A stretch of 64,000 nt of DNA from Candidatus Poribacteria bacterium (GTDB lineage Bacteria; Poribacteria; WGA-4E; WGA-3G). The stretch covers positions 1,152,001 through 1,216,000 of the forward strand of contig OZ243938.1 of NCBI GenBank assembly GCA_965214095.1, written 5' to 3'. The notes under the pieces are model-generated. The model did no database searches and was not told the DNA's origin. It was given only the letters and a program-made list of their open reading frames with translations. The position numbers were made by a program, and so were the translations under genes. Each line of letters begins with the position of its first letter. Position 1 is the stretch's first letter. Positions 8,533 to 18,975 of this stretch are shown piece by piece.

Positions 8533-11193
8533 TCACTGGCTATAACTATTTGTATGTTCATGTATTTGTTGGCGTTCGCGGTTGGCATGAGGATCTGCCC
8601 GACGTGCTATACCTGTAATCTCATCAACCGATTCATCAGTCTTGAAACGCAAGTAAAGTTTTCTTGACTTGTTTGCCATAGGTGTATTCTTCAATGCACG
8701 ATAACATCGCATCATATTATAGTGAGCATCCAAATCTTCTGGATCGACCTCAATCGTTTTCTGAAAATGTGTTAATGCCGTTTCATACTCACGTTTGAGA
8801 AAGTACATGCCTCCCAGTTGATTGCGAACGCGAGTATCTCGTGGGAATTGTGATGCTGCTTGTTGTAGATGTTGAATTGCCAAATCGTATTTTCCATACG
8901 TCTCTTGTACCAAAGCATAGAAATAATGAACCTTTGCCCGATGAGGATTTCCGGGAGGCAAGATTTTCTGTATCTCAAATGCTCTGTTCAGCATCTCTTC
9001 TGCACTCTTCACGTCACCTTCTTTGATGTTACACCGTGCAATATTCACCCATCCATCCAAGTAACCAGGATCAATTTCTGTAACCTTCCTGAATGCAGCT
9101 TGTGCTTTTCTTAAGTCTCCTTGTAGGAATAGTCCTATACCGTAGTCGTTCCAACGTTCACGAGCATTACCATCCAATGTATCATTAAATGATACATTTT
9201 CTAAATTAGATTTGACATGTAAGGTTGTTCTTACATCTGCCATCATAACAATTGGTAGGTTTGGTATGGACTTGATTTCTCCTGCAACATCAGCAGTATC
9301 ACCAGTCCAAACCCATTTTCCATCGTCATAGCCTTTATCCACCTGATAGTTCGTATCTTCAGGATCGCGAACCCCCGCATAAGCCCACTGTGTATGCCAC
9401 CAGTTGAATTTGCGATAATTGAGTTTTGCTTCTAATGCCAGAGTATCGCCACAATCATCTGGAATAGTGAGCTTGTATCTCACCGTATCTGCGGCACCAG
9501 GTGGAATGGTGCGGGAATACAATACGGTTCGCATTGCCCACGCATTGCGTTTGTTAATTAAGTTACCGCGCTCATCTAACATATAGGCTTGATAGAAGTG
9601 TGCACTCGGATCAACAGGACCATTGCCATCAGGAGCAGCGATCCTACCATTCCAAAACACAATTTTACCATTCTCATCAGTTACCTTCAACTCAAGCCAG
9701 ATATCAAATGCATCAATTGTGCCAGCGGGGAATTGATGTCCAACCCCGCGCGTCCGAACTACAACCTCAATTAACGTGTCCTCTCCTCGTTGGATTGCTG
9801 CACCATTCTTTGGAACAGGTTTTCCATTAGCAAACAGATCTAACGTGATAACATCATTTTTTAAGAAGTCTATTACTGTTTGGAGTTGTTCATCGTGTTT
9901 ATTAACATAAGGGAGTGCAGTATTCGCTGCAGGAAAACGATGACTGTGGACTTTACCCTTTATATTCCCCGCATCTTTTGAGTCAACAAGTGGCATGTGG
10001 CAATCAACACATTTCTTAGCCTTTTCAGGATAATAGAATGAGAGCGCTCCTTGATGTGAAACACCACTCTTCTGCCATTGATCGTAGTCGTTGAAACCAC
10101 GCACCCATTTGAAATTGTTGACCGGAAAGTCAAGATGTACCTTGTGACAAGTTGAACAGAATTCTGCTGTATTATCTCGGTGGAAAGGCTTTAGAAAACT
10201 CTTGCGATGTGGTTCTGGATCAAGCCGAATTAAGTAGTTGTGCAATCCGCGGATAATGCTATTGTCACTTGATGCTAAATCATGTAGAGGAGGATACTTT
10301 ATCACATACCCACTATTTCCCATCGTATCCTTGACTCGTTCAATGGAATGGCAAGCCGTGCATGCTAATCCTGCTTGTGCGGCAGGTGTATGAAGGTTTT
10401 CTCTAATCGGTTTGTCCATAATTCCATTAAGTAGAATAGCGGGATCATGACATCCACCGCACCATTTCGAAGACTGTATACCGTTCACCTCCTGCATATA
10501 GATGATGGATTTGCGGTACCACTGGTTGTTGAAAGATGAAAAATGATGAGCAGATTCGTTCCACTGCTTATAGATATCCGGATGACAACCTTTTGTTGCA
10601 CATGTTTCGGATGTCAGAAAAAAATCAGTCGGAATGAGGTTACCTGTCTCTGTTTCTACAGATGCTGGAAAAAAATGTCCTGTCGTTCCACCACCTTCTT
10701 CATACATACTTGTCGGAGGGAAAGCAGGATTCTTGACAATATAATCCGCGTTAGGAAAATAGTGTTGCGAAACCTTAGCACCTATTGGAAAGAACAGCAC
10801 AAAAATAAAAACCCCAACAATCATCTTTTTTAGAATTGGTGAAATTGTGTCACTGAACTTCAATAGATGGATTGAAAAGAGCAGACTCCCAATGCTTACG
10901 CTGACTATATGTGTAATGAGAACCCAACGGTAAGGAGTTGTCGCACCGACTACCATCAGATAACCACCAGAGATGATTCCAATGATTACTCCTAAGACTC
11001 CGAATTTACCTATACCTGTCAGTTTTCTGAGATGTTTATAAAGATAGATACAGAATGGGATCAGTAGAATAATTCCGAGACCAATATGGAGAAGTACATT
11101 TAAAATATAGAAAAGTGTGGGTTCACCGAAACTGAATAGATATGCACTGTTTAGGAGTAGAATTAGGAAGGCTAATAGTGAAATTTTACGCAT
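8533..11193 (-). CDS. Membrane-anchored multiheme cytochrome c with C-terminal TPR repeats
   Basis: About 5 N-terminal TM helices; CGGCH, CTACH, CSTCH, CVDCH plus atypical CATKGCH; TPR-like helices at the C-terminus. Confidence 0.85.
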   Translation of the reverse strand: MRKISLLAFLILLLNSAYLFSFGEPTLFYILNVLLHIGLGIILLIPFCIYLYKHLRKLTGIGKFGVLGVIIGIISGGYLMVVGATTPYRWVLITHIVSVSIGSLLFSIHLLKFSDTISPILKKMIVGVFIFVLFFPIGAKVSQHYFPNADYIVKNPAFPPTSMYEEGGGTTGHFFPASVETETGNLIPTDFFLTSETCATKGCHPDIYKQWNESAHHFSSFNNQWYRKSIIYMQEVNGIQSSKWCGGCHDPAILLNGIMDKPIRENLHTPAAQAGLACTACHSIERVKDTMGNSGYVIKYPPLHDLASSDNSIIRGLHNYLIRLDPEPHRKSFLKPFHRDNTAEFCSTCHKVHLDFPVNNFKWVRGFNDYDQWQKSGVSHQGALSFYYPEKAKKCVDCHMPLVDSKDAGNIKGKVHSHRFPAANTALPYVNKHDEQLQTVIDFLKNDVITLDLFANGKPVPKNGAAIQRGEDTLIEVVVRTRGVGHQFPAGTIDAFDIWLELKVTDENGKIVFWNGRIAAPDGNGPVDPSAHFYQAYMLDERGNLINKRNAWAMRTVLYSRTIPPGAADTVRYKLTIPDDCGDTLALEAKLNYRKFNWWHTQWAYAGVRDPEDTNYQVDKGYDDGKWVWTGDTADVAGEIKSIPNLPIVMMADVRTTLHVKSNLENVSFNDTLDGNARERWNDYGIGLFLQGDLRKAQAAFRKVTEIDPGYLDGWVNIARCNIKEGDVKSAEEMLNRAFEIQKILPPGNPHRAKVHYFYALVQETYGKYDLAIQHLQQAASQFPRDTRVRNQLGGMYFLKREYETALTHFQKTIEVDPEDLDAHYNMMRCYRALKNTPMANKSRKLYLRFKTDESVDEITGIARRADPHANRERQQIHEHTNSYSQ

Positions 11194-11235
11194 GGATTTG
11201 TTTGGTTTGATTCTGATATGAGCATTTATCTATAT

Positions 11236-11985
11236 TTACCCGGCAGTATACCCACCATCAATCGGCAAGGCGATCCCCGTAACAAAAGCAGATTCGTCGG
11301 ATGCCAGATATAATGCACCATAAGCAATCTCTATCGGTTGACCAAGCCGACGCATGGGATGTTTATCTGCAAGTTTCTGGTATTCATTAGGTGTTTTGAT
11401 GACTCCTGCGACTAACGGTGTTTCTACAAAACCGGGACAGATACAATTCACTCGGATATTGTCTTGAGCATAGTCAAGTGCCATTCCGCGCGTCAAATTT
11501 GTTACAGCACCCTTAGATGCAACATACGCAGCTCGGACATCCGCACCAACTAGACCGTAGATAGAGGACATATTAATAATAACTCCTCCACCGTTCTTTT
11601 GCATCGCAGGGATAGCAGCTTTAGCACAGAGGAATACACCGTTTAGGTTGACATCTAAACAACGATGCCAATCATCTTCAGGGAGTTCCCCTACAGGTAG
11701 ACGCATGGCGATTCCAGCGTTGTTGAAAAGTATATCAAGTTTTCCAAAAGAATCTACGGTTTGTGCTACGACATTTTGTGTATCTACTTTGATAGTCACA
11801 TCAGTTCTGATAAATTTTGCTACATGACCAACGTCTTGTATATCCGCGACAGTCTGCTCTCCTCCATCAATATCTATGTCTGCCACAACGATCCTTGCAC
11901 CGTGTTCGGCAAAGAGTTTCGCTGTCGCTTTACCTATACCGGAAGCTGCACCTGTGATAATTACCACCTTGTCCTTTAGTCTCAC
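11236..11985 (-). CDS. SDR family NAD(P)-dependent oxidoreductase
   Basis: TGAASGIG, NNAG, YVASK, DGG; likely GTG start at 11985 just after the upstream stop. Confidence 0.9.
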   Translation of the reverse strand: MRLKDKVVIITGAASGIGKATAKLFAEHGARIVVADIDIDGGEQTVADIQDVGHVAKFIRTDVTIKVDTQNVVAQTVDSFGKLDILFNNAGIAMRLPVGELPEDDWHRCLDVNLNGVFLCAKAAIPAMQKNGGGVIINMSSIYGLVGADVRAAYVASKGAVTNLTRGMALDYAQDNIRVNCICPGFVETPLVAGVIKTPNEYQKLADKHPMRRLGQPIEIAYGALYLASDESAFVTGIALPIDGGYTAG

Positions 11986-11987
11986 GG

Positions 11988-12920
11988 TTACACTTTTTCC
12001 TTCCAAGCAGCAAGATTCTGTTCTGGTTGACCGATCTGATTTCTCAACACACCGATATTTTCTATTTCAAGTTCTATCACATCACCGGGTTGAATCCATC
12101 TGTCAAGTTCCCATCCACATCCTTTGCCGACAGTGCCAGAGCCTAAAAATTCACCCGGGAATAGTGTTTCAGACTGCGATACAAAAGAAATCATCTCTTC
12201 AAAAGTATAGTACATATCTGATGTCGTTCCTTCAGACCAAACTTCTCCATTGACTCTTGCTGTCATTTTCAGATCGTAAGGATCACCAATTTCATCAGGT
12301 GTTACAAGACACGGCCCCATGATGTTGCTGTTGTCAAAATCCTTACCTTTTGCAGGACCGAGGGATAACGTCATGTGACGGAATTGTATATCACGCGCAC
12401 TGATATCGTTGTATATGGTATATCCAGCGATGTATTCATGTGCATCTTCAATAGGGATATTCTTCCCAGTTTTGCCGATATACACACCCCATTCCAATTC
12501 AAAATCAAGTTTCTCTGTGTAGTTTGGCCAAGTGACAACAGCTTCGTGTCCAGCAATGGATGCGGGACTTGTGCTACCTCTGTAATAATTGGGAAGTTTG
12601 AACCATTCAGGTGAAATTTCTTTTCCTGTAATTCGAGATGCAGCATCCATGTGTGTTTTGAAAACACCAAAATCCCGCAAACTTGCAGGACGTGGAAACG
12701 GTGCTTGTAATACTACATCGGATATATTATATACACTTTCCTTGCGTTGCGACAGAATTGTGTCAAGTCGTTTTTGTGCTTCATCTAAACAGTTCTGTTC
12801 AAAGAACTGTGTCATATCCGATACTTCAAGTGCAAGATCAACGATAGTGTTCCCATCGATCAAAGCTCCAAGTTTGTTATGTTCGTTGTTTGACGGTAGT
12901 TTGAATGTTACAAGTTTCAC
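11988..12920 (-). CDS. Fumarylacetoacetate hydrolase family protein
   Basis: LDFELE, GYTIYNDISARD, KGKDF, GPCLVTPDE, GSGT motifs; GGGAGG RBS. Confidence 0.9.
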   Translation of the reverse strand: MKLVTFKLPSNNEHNKLGALIDGNTIVDLALEVSDMTQFFEQNCLDEAQKRLDTILSQRKESVYNISDVVLQAPFPRPASLRDFGVFKTHMDAASRITGKEISPEWFKLPNYYRGSTSPASIAGHEAVVTWPNYTEKLDFELEWGVYIGKTGKNIPIEDAHEYIAGYTIYNDISARDIQFRHMTLSLGPAKGKDFDNSNIMGPCLVTPDEIGDPYDLKMTARVNGEVWSEGTTSDMYYTFEEMISFVSQSETLFPGEFLGSGTVGKGCGWELDRWIQPGDVIELEIENIGVLRNQIGQPEQNLAAWKEKV

Positions 12921-12994
12921 AAATAATCCTCCCTTGATGCTATGGTAACTTTATACTATATTAGCATTCAAAAGTCAAGGATATGTATTTCGTT

Positions 12995-13083
12995 GGGTGT
13001 GTAAAGTTTCAGCAAAATGTTTATCTGAACCAGGATAACATTCAAGATATTTCTATGATAGAAAAAGAAAAATTTGCACACAG
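12995..13083. repeat. Degenerate family A MITE shell
   Basis: GGGTGTGTAAAGTTTCAGCA ... AAAAATTTGCACACAG. Confidence 0.4.
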
Positions 13084-13168
13084 TAGGAAGACATTGTAAA
13101 GTTATTCTTGGAGTTCACACATATATCTCAAAATTGTGAAGAAAAAGAACTTGCATAACACTTGGCGA

Positions 13169-15235
13169 CTAATAATGACCATCATCAGGATCAATACGTA
13201 GATTCGGATTACTACTTCGGATTTTATAAATCGTCATCATTCCTTGAATAGGATTGTTCTTGACATATAGTTCTCTTAAAGACTTCAGATTTTGAAGTTC
13301 ACCAAAATCAGTAATCTTATTATCGTTCAATCTAAGGATAGCAAGCCGTTTCAATTCAGCAATCGGACTGATATCGGATATTTGATTCTTACCAAGCGTA
13401 AGCATCCCAAGATATTTCATATCAGATAGCGGCGAAATATCACTTATTTTATTATCCGTAAGGTGCAATATCCCCAATTGTGTCAACTTTGAAAGAGGCT
13501 TTATATCGGTGATTTGATTTCTGATAAGTCCTAAGCGTCTTAGTTGATCTAATTCAGCCAACGGCGTTAAGTCGGTGATACCATTATCATTTAGAGATAG
13601 ATCTGTAAGTCGATTTAGTCCAGATAGCACATTCACAACCATAGTAAGATCATGGATTTTGTTACTACCTATACTTAGATCGGTGAGTCGTTCAAGTCCA
13701 GCAAGCGATGTGATGTCACTGATATGATTTCCCGAGAGTCCTAAATCCTGAAGGTGTTTTAATTCTGCCAATGGAGTGAGATCTCTAATTTTATTCCCAT
13801 ATAACCATAATATATCAAGTTGTTTCATTTCTGCCAATGGTGCAATATCCGTAATTTGACATTTTCTGAGATATAAGTGTTTTAGATGTATCATGCCTGC
13901 TAATGGAGTTATATCACTAATTTGGGTGTTTTTTATGGATAACCAAGTCATTTTCTTTAAATTAGCAAGTGGTGAAATGTCAGAAATGTTGTTGCCAGAT
14001 AAAGATAAACTGCTTAGATGAACCAAATGCGTGAGAGGCGTCAGATCACTTATTTTATTTTTTTGCTTGCTGTACCCATCTTCTAACTTCAATTCCGACA
14101 ACTGTTGCAATCCACTTAGAGGAGAAATGTCTTCAATGGGATTACCTTCAATATACAGATGAGTTAATTCTGTTAATTCTTTAAGTGGGGTAATGTCTTC
14201 AATCTGATTATCATCTAGATATAAAGCCCATAGTCCAGGCATTTTTTCTAAACCAGTTAGGTCTTTTATTCCTTTATCTCTGCCACTAATTGATTCCACT
14301 TCTATCAACCTGTTTGATGGAATTGGTTCATGTGGCTCTAAGTTCAGCTCCTCTCTCACAGCTGCTGCAAGGTTCACATCTGGTATTTCTGGAGATGGGA
14401 TAGTCTGCACGACTTCTTGAGATGTGTCATCGTCTTGAGGAATAGGTGACGGAAGAACCGAGATATAGGATGGATATTCTAAATATTTATATTTGTCAAC
14501 TGCACTTCTATCAACAATCAAATTATCAATATAACTTAATAGTAGATAATTATTTAATCCACTAAGTGGTTTGATATCCTTAATATGGTTATGATCAACG
14601 TATAACTTTTTTAGATTAATCAGTTTACCGAGGGGATTCACATCAATTATTTCATTGTTTCTCAGAGTTAATTCAGTCAGTCTTATCAAATCAACTAACG
14701 GTGTGAGATCTACGATTTGATTGTTATCCAGATGCAGTCGTCTGAGTTCTGTTAATTCCGCCAAAGGTGAGATGTCCTGAATATGATTCATTCCAAGACG
14801 TAAGGATATAAGTGCTTTAAATTCTCTTATTACGTTTACGTTTGAGATAAAATTGCTATGTAGTTTGAGATACTCAAGTCTTGTTAAGTCTCTGAGTGCA
14901 CCGATATCACTGATTTGGTTGTGACTAAGATCTAAATCCTTAAGTTTTGTTAATTCTTTTAGTGGAGTAATGTCATTGATAAAGTTCCCGCGGCAATCGA
15001 ATTGTCTTAAATTAACAACATTCTCTAATCCAGCTAAATTGCTTATTCCCTTTTTTCTAACAGACAAGTATGTAATCGTTTTGAGTTCTTTTTTGAAAAT
15101 AGGTTCTGTTGGACCAAGATGTAGTCTTGCACGGATAGCAGATTCCAGATTTGGGTCTGGAAAATCTATCGGTTCAGATTGGAAACAACCTATGATTACT
15201 ATATAGAAGATTAAAAGCAGGAAAATCTTTCTCAT
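13169..15235 (-). CDS. Internalin-like leucine-rich repeat lipoprotein
   Basis: Lipobox IIGC; two LRR blocks each opened by an (F/I)PDxNL cap; 22-aa LxxLxLxxNxIxDIxPL repeats. Confidence 0.9.
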   Translation of the reverse strand: MRKIFLLLIFYIVIIGCFQSEPIDFPDPNLESAIRARLHLGPTEPIFKKELKTITYLSVRKKGISNLAGLENVVNLRQFDCRGNFINDITPLKELTKLKDLDLSHNQISDIGALRDLTRLEYLKLHSNFISNVNVIREFKALISLRLGMNHIQDISPLAELTELRRLHLDNNQIVDLTPLVDLIRLTELTLRNNEIIDVNPLGKLINLKKLYVDHNHIKDIKPLSGLNNYLLLSYIDNLIVDRSAVDKYKYLEYPSYISVLPSPIPQDDDTSQEVVQTIPSPEIPDVNLAAAVREELNLEPHEPIPSNRLIEVESISGRDKGIKDLTGLEKMPGLWALYLDDNQIEDITPLKELTELTHLYIEGNPIEDISPLSGLQQLSELKLEDGYSKQKNKISDLTPLTHLVHLSSLSLSGNNISDISPLANLKKMTWLSIKNTQISDITPLAGMIHLKHLYLRKCQITDIAPLAEMKQLDILWLYGNKIRDLTPLAELKHLQDLGLSGNHISDITSLAGLERLTDLSIGSNKIHDLTMVVNVLSGLNRLTDLSLNDNGITDLTPLAELDQLRRLGLIRNQITDIKPLSKLTQLGILHLTDNKISDISPLSDMKYLGMLTLGKNQISDISPIAELKRLAILRLNDNKITDFGELQNLKSLRELYVKNNPIQGMMTIYKIRSSNPNLRIDPDDGHY

Positions 15236-15259
15236 CAGATTTTCTCCATTCTCACATTA

Positions 15260-15835
15260 TTATTCAAAGTACTCATCTTCGCTAAACTTTGTCCACGAAT
15301 GAAACACTGGAAAGGGTATTGGCAAACTTTCATCAGGATCGTTAATTCTAAATTCAATCTTCTCTTTGTCAAATAGGTTTCGAACTGAAATGGATATTCC
15401 TTCAGTTTCAATACAATTATCACATGTATTTGGTAAATTCTGATGTGAACTTGGAGATTCAAAATAAAGTTTATATTCTGATCCACCTTTTTCAACACGA
15501 TAATCCTTTGCTATGATCTCCCATTCATTGAGAGCAGTATCACCTTCAGCATATTGAGCCCATATACTAATTACTTGCTTGTCATTATCAAAGAAATCAA
15601 GGATGATACCCTTTCGTTTCAATGCGTCCTTAGATGGGGCAAACTGACGAAATGACCGATCTTGTAATTCGGTTTTTACCTGTTCCTCTTCTTCGATATC
15701 AACAGGTTCTAATGGATTAGCACAGGATATTAGAGATATACAAACAATAATCGGTATAATCAACAATAGATATAGTCTTGTATGGATTTTATTGATTGCT
15801 TGGTATCTTAAATTAAGACGTTTGGATTTTTTCAT
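15260..15835 (-). CDS. Hypothetical lipoprotein
   Basis: Basic N-terminus, hydrophobic stretch, LISC lipobox; co-oriented with the LRR gene, 24 bp gap. Confidence 0.65.
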   Translation of the reverse strand: MKKSKRLNLRYQAINKIHTRLYLLLIIPIIVCISLISCANPLEPVDIEEEEQVKTELQDRSFRQFAPSKDALKRKGIILDFFDNDKQVISIWAQYAEGDTALNEWEIIAKDYRVEKGGSEYKLYFESPSSHQNLPNTCDNCIETEGISISVRNLFDKEKIEFRINDPDESLPIPFPVFHSWTKFSEDEYFE

Positions 15836-15869
15836 TCCTGATCCTTTCTTTTGTTATCATACTAATCAA

Positions 15870-15899
15870 ATTGTAACATTGTAATAGATAGATTGTCAA
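15870..15899 (-). promoter_or_regulatory. Putative sigma70 promoter (lipoprotein-LRR operon)
   Basis: TTGACA-18 bp-TACAAT with TG extension. Confidence 0.45.
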
Positions 15900-15943
15900 G
15901 ACAATGCGTAGTTTTGATCTAAACATTCAAACAGAAATAGTCC

Positions 15944-15972
15944 TTGATTCATTACATGCTGTTTGGTAAAAT
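15944..15972 (+). promoter_or_regulatory. Putative sigma70 promoter (Ldh-transporter operon)
   Basis: TTGATT-17 bp-TAAAAT with TGn extension. Confidence 0.45.
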
Positions 15973-16002
15973 GCCAACATATTCATACTCATAGAGGTAG
16001 TT

Positions 16003-17031
16003 ATGCAAGAAATTGTTATAGATGCAGAAAAGTTGCATGACTTTGCGCGAAAGCTTTGTGAAAAAGCAGGTTTATCATCAGATGATGCTGAACTGATGGC
16101 GAAGCTACAGGTTCAAACCGACCTACGTGGGGTACATTCTCACGGAACACGTGCATTGCCGGGATACCTGAACCAAGTACTTGATGGCAACCTAAACCCA
16201 ACACCGAATCTCCAAATCGTCACAGAAGGACCAAGTTTCGCAGTAATTGATGGAGATAACGGAATGGGACATCTAGCAAGTACGCTTGCTATGCAAACTG
16301 CGATTGATAAGGCAAAAACAACAGGTGTTGCAGCTGCTGGAGTACATAATGCAGGACATTTCGGAGCAGCAGCTTGTTATTCTATCATGGCAACTGAGAA
16401 TGGGATGATCGGCTTTTCAACAACAAATACTGGCAGACCCTCTGTCGCTGCCCCCGGTAGTGCTGAAGCAGTGGTCGGAAACAACGCTTTTAGTTATGCA
16501 TTGCCAACTGGACAAGGACATCCAATCGTATTAGATATGGCATGTGGTGTATCATCATGGGGGAAGATTGGAACGTTCCGTATGTACAGCAAACCGATCC
16601 CTGATGGTTGGCTATTAGACGATACAGGTCAGCCAAGTGCCGATCCAAGTCAAGGTAGTTTATTAGCACCCGCTGCGGGTCCGAGAGGATACGGATTAGC
16701 TCTGATAATGGGCATTTTAGCGGGACCTCTCTCTGGCGGAATGATGACAATCAATAAAACCATAACTACATCTGAACACTTCTTTTTTGCCATGAATATT
16801 GAATCTTTTACCGATTATGATATGTATACCTCTGAAGTTGAGAATGGAATACGTAAAATTCACGACGCAAAAACAGCGGAGGGTGTGGAACAAGTCTATC
16901 TCCCCGGTGAAATAGAATGGAATAACTACGATAAATGGATAGAGAACGGCATTCCTATTCATGTAGATCATTTACGCAGTCTTGCAAACGTCGCAGAGAA
17001 ATTAGATATTAACATATTTTGGGAGTGGTAA
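16003..17031 (+). CDS. Ldh2 family (AllD/ComC-like) oxidoreductase
   Basis: DLRGVHSHG, DGDNGMGH, HFGAA, LDMA, GYGLAL, YLPGE. Confidence 0.9.
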   Translation: MQEIVIDAEKLHDFARKLCEKAGLSSDDAELMAKLQVQTDLRGVHSHGTRALPGYLNQVLDGNLNPTPNLQIVTEGPSFAVIDGDNGMGHLASTLAMQTAIDKAKTTGVAAAGVHNAGHFGAAACYSIMATENGMIGFSTTNTGRPSVAAPGSAEAVVGNNAFSYALPTGQGHPIVLDMACGVSSWGKIGTFRMYSKPIPDGWLLDDTGQPSADPSQGSLLAPAAGPRGYGLALIMGILAGPLSGGMMTINKTITTSEHFFFAMNIESFTDYDMYTSEVENGIRKIHDAKTAEGVEQVYLPGEIEWNNYDKWIENGIPIHVDHLRSLANVAEKLDINIFWEW

Positions 17032-17034
17032 CCT

Positions 17035-18528
17035 ATGGAAGAAACGAATGAACGTGTTGACGGTGGCACACTACCCGATTGGGAAGTAGCAGAACTTCCT
17101 GCTCCACCTCAATATCAATTTGGTAAAGCATTTAGAAACATATTAGGACCAGGAATAATTGCCTTAGGTGCATCAATCGGCAGTGGGGAATGGTTATTAG
17201 GACCAGCAATTACTGCTCAATATGGTGGTACATTGCTGTGGATTGCTACCATTGCAATCCTACTGCAATCCGTTCTAAACACAGAGTCAATCCGCTATAC
17301 GTTGTATACTGGTGAACCGATGTTGAGTGGTTACATGCGGTGTAAACCTGGACCACGGTTCTGGGCAATTCTCTATTCCGGTGTTGACTTTTTCAGCATT
17401 TGGCCTGGATGGGCAATGGCAGCTGCAACTGCTCTGGCTGCAGCATGGATAGGAAGAATGCCATCGGAAGCCGATCAGAATACTGTCCGTATATTTGCTT
17501 ATATTATCTTTTTCGCATGTTTAGCAATCATAATGTTCGGAGGAAAAATATACAATGCACTTGAGAAAGTTCTGCTATTCATGGTTGTATGGATTATCGG
17601 ATACTTGGTCATTGTAGATGTTATTCTGGTCTCACCTGCTGTCTGGTGGACTGTCATAAAAGGTTTCTTCAGTTTCGGTGCATTGCCACCTGAAGTACAG
17701 GGTGGAAACTTTGATTGGTTACTACTTGGTGCATTCGCTGCCTATGCTGGAAGTGGAGGTTTAGGAAACATAACTATATCAAACTATGTCCGTGATAAAG
17801 GATGGGGTATGAGTAGTTTGGTTGGTGCGATCCCATCTATTATCGGTGGTCAAAAGGTGACACTCTCACACTTCGGTAAAGTGTTCAGAATTTCTCCAGA
17901 AAATATCAATCGATTCAAAGAGTGGTGGAAATATGTTAGATTTGAACAGTATTACATCTGGGTCGTTGGGTGTTTCATCGGTTTGGCACTACCTGCAATG
18001 TTGACACTTGAATATGTGCCGTTAGGGCAGGAAATGGATCAATGGGCTGCGGCAGGATTTCAAGCTGAAGGACTCGCACAAAGAGGTGGTAGAATCTTGT
18101 GGTATCTCACGCTGTTATGCGGATTTTGGGTGCTTTTCTCAACACAACTTGGCAGTGTAGATGGTGTACCACGTAGATTTACCGACATTATTTGGACTGG
18201 GTTCAGAAGGGCAAGAGCAATGGATGATCACAATGCAAAATGGATCTACTATCCGATAGTCCTCGTTTATGTCATCTGGGGTGTCATAGCAATGTATTTG
18301 GCAAAACCTTTGTTAATGATTATCGTGTCAGCGACAATAGGTGGGTATCAACTGGTGATGTGTTCAATCCATACCTTATATGTAAATCGTAAGTTCTTAC
18401 CGAAGGAGATTCAACCACCAATATATAAGCAGATTGGACTAATATTGTGTGCATTGTTCTATTCAATCTTTGGCACAATCACGGTTTACAAACAGGTGGT
18501 TGTGAAATATATCATACCACTATTTTAG
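17035..18528 (+). CDS. NRAMP/APC-superfamily membrane transporter
   Basis: GPGIIALGASIGSGEWLLGP motif; about 11 TM helices. Confidence 0.8.
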   Translation: MEETNERVDGGTLPDWEVAELPAPPQYQFGKAFRNILGPGIIALGASIGSGEWLLGPAITAQYGGTLLWIATIAILLQSVLNTESIRYTLYTGEPMLSGYMRCKPGPRFWAILYSGVDFFSIWPGWAMAAATALAAAWIGRMPSEADQNTVRIFAYIIFFACLAIIMFGGKIYNALEKVLLFMVVWIIGYLVIVDVILVSPAVWWTVIKGFFSFGALPPEVQGGNFDWLLLGAFAAYAGSGGLGNITISNYVRDKGWGMSSLVGAIPSIIGGQKVTLSHFGKVFRISPENINRFKEWWKYVRFEQYYIWVVGCFIGLALPAMLTLEYVPLGQEMDQWAAAGFQAEGLAQRGGRILWYLTLLCGFWVLFSTQLGSVDGVPRRFTDIIWTGFRRARAMDDHNAKWIYYPIVLVYVIWGVIAMYLAKPLLMIIVSATIGGYQLVMCSIHTLYVNRKFLPKEIQPPIYKQIGLILCALFYSIFGTITVYKQVVVKYIIPLF

Positions 18529-18654
18529 CTACGGTAGATACATTCAATATCGTTAACGGCATCATTCATTGCGCCTCTTACATTCTTCATACCGTTGATT
18601 TAATGTTTCTAAGCGCATCGGACTTTGATGTCAAATTACTTAATTCATTTCTCG

Positions 18655-18788
18655 TAGTAAAAACCATAATTATTTACACATTACGGTAGGTTCGGTTCCT
18701 AACCGAACCGGTGTATGTTCGGTGACGTAGATGCGGTTAGGAAACCGCATTTACCGGGAATGTGTGCATATTTCTTGATTTCACTATA
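18655..18788. repeat. Family B element (TAG-ended shell with REP doublet)
   Basis: AAAACCATAATTATTTACACA..GGTAGGTTCGGTTCCTAACCGAACC..GATGCGGTTAGGAAACCGCAT..GATTTCACTATA; near-identical copies at 41.7 kb and 54.2-55.8 kb. Confidence 0.8.
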
Positions 18789-18975
18789 ATCTTCATTCAA
18801 GGATATCACCCAAAAACATTTTTCACCAATATGCACCCAAATTGAACCTAAACCACGTCATTTATAATAAATACGTACTGATGGTGTTCTGTTTGACATC
18901 AATCTAAATGATATCAAGTAGATTACACATTAACTAATTGATTCGTATACAATATTTCCAATTAGGAAGTAGTTT

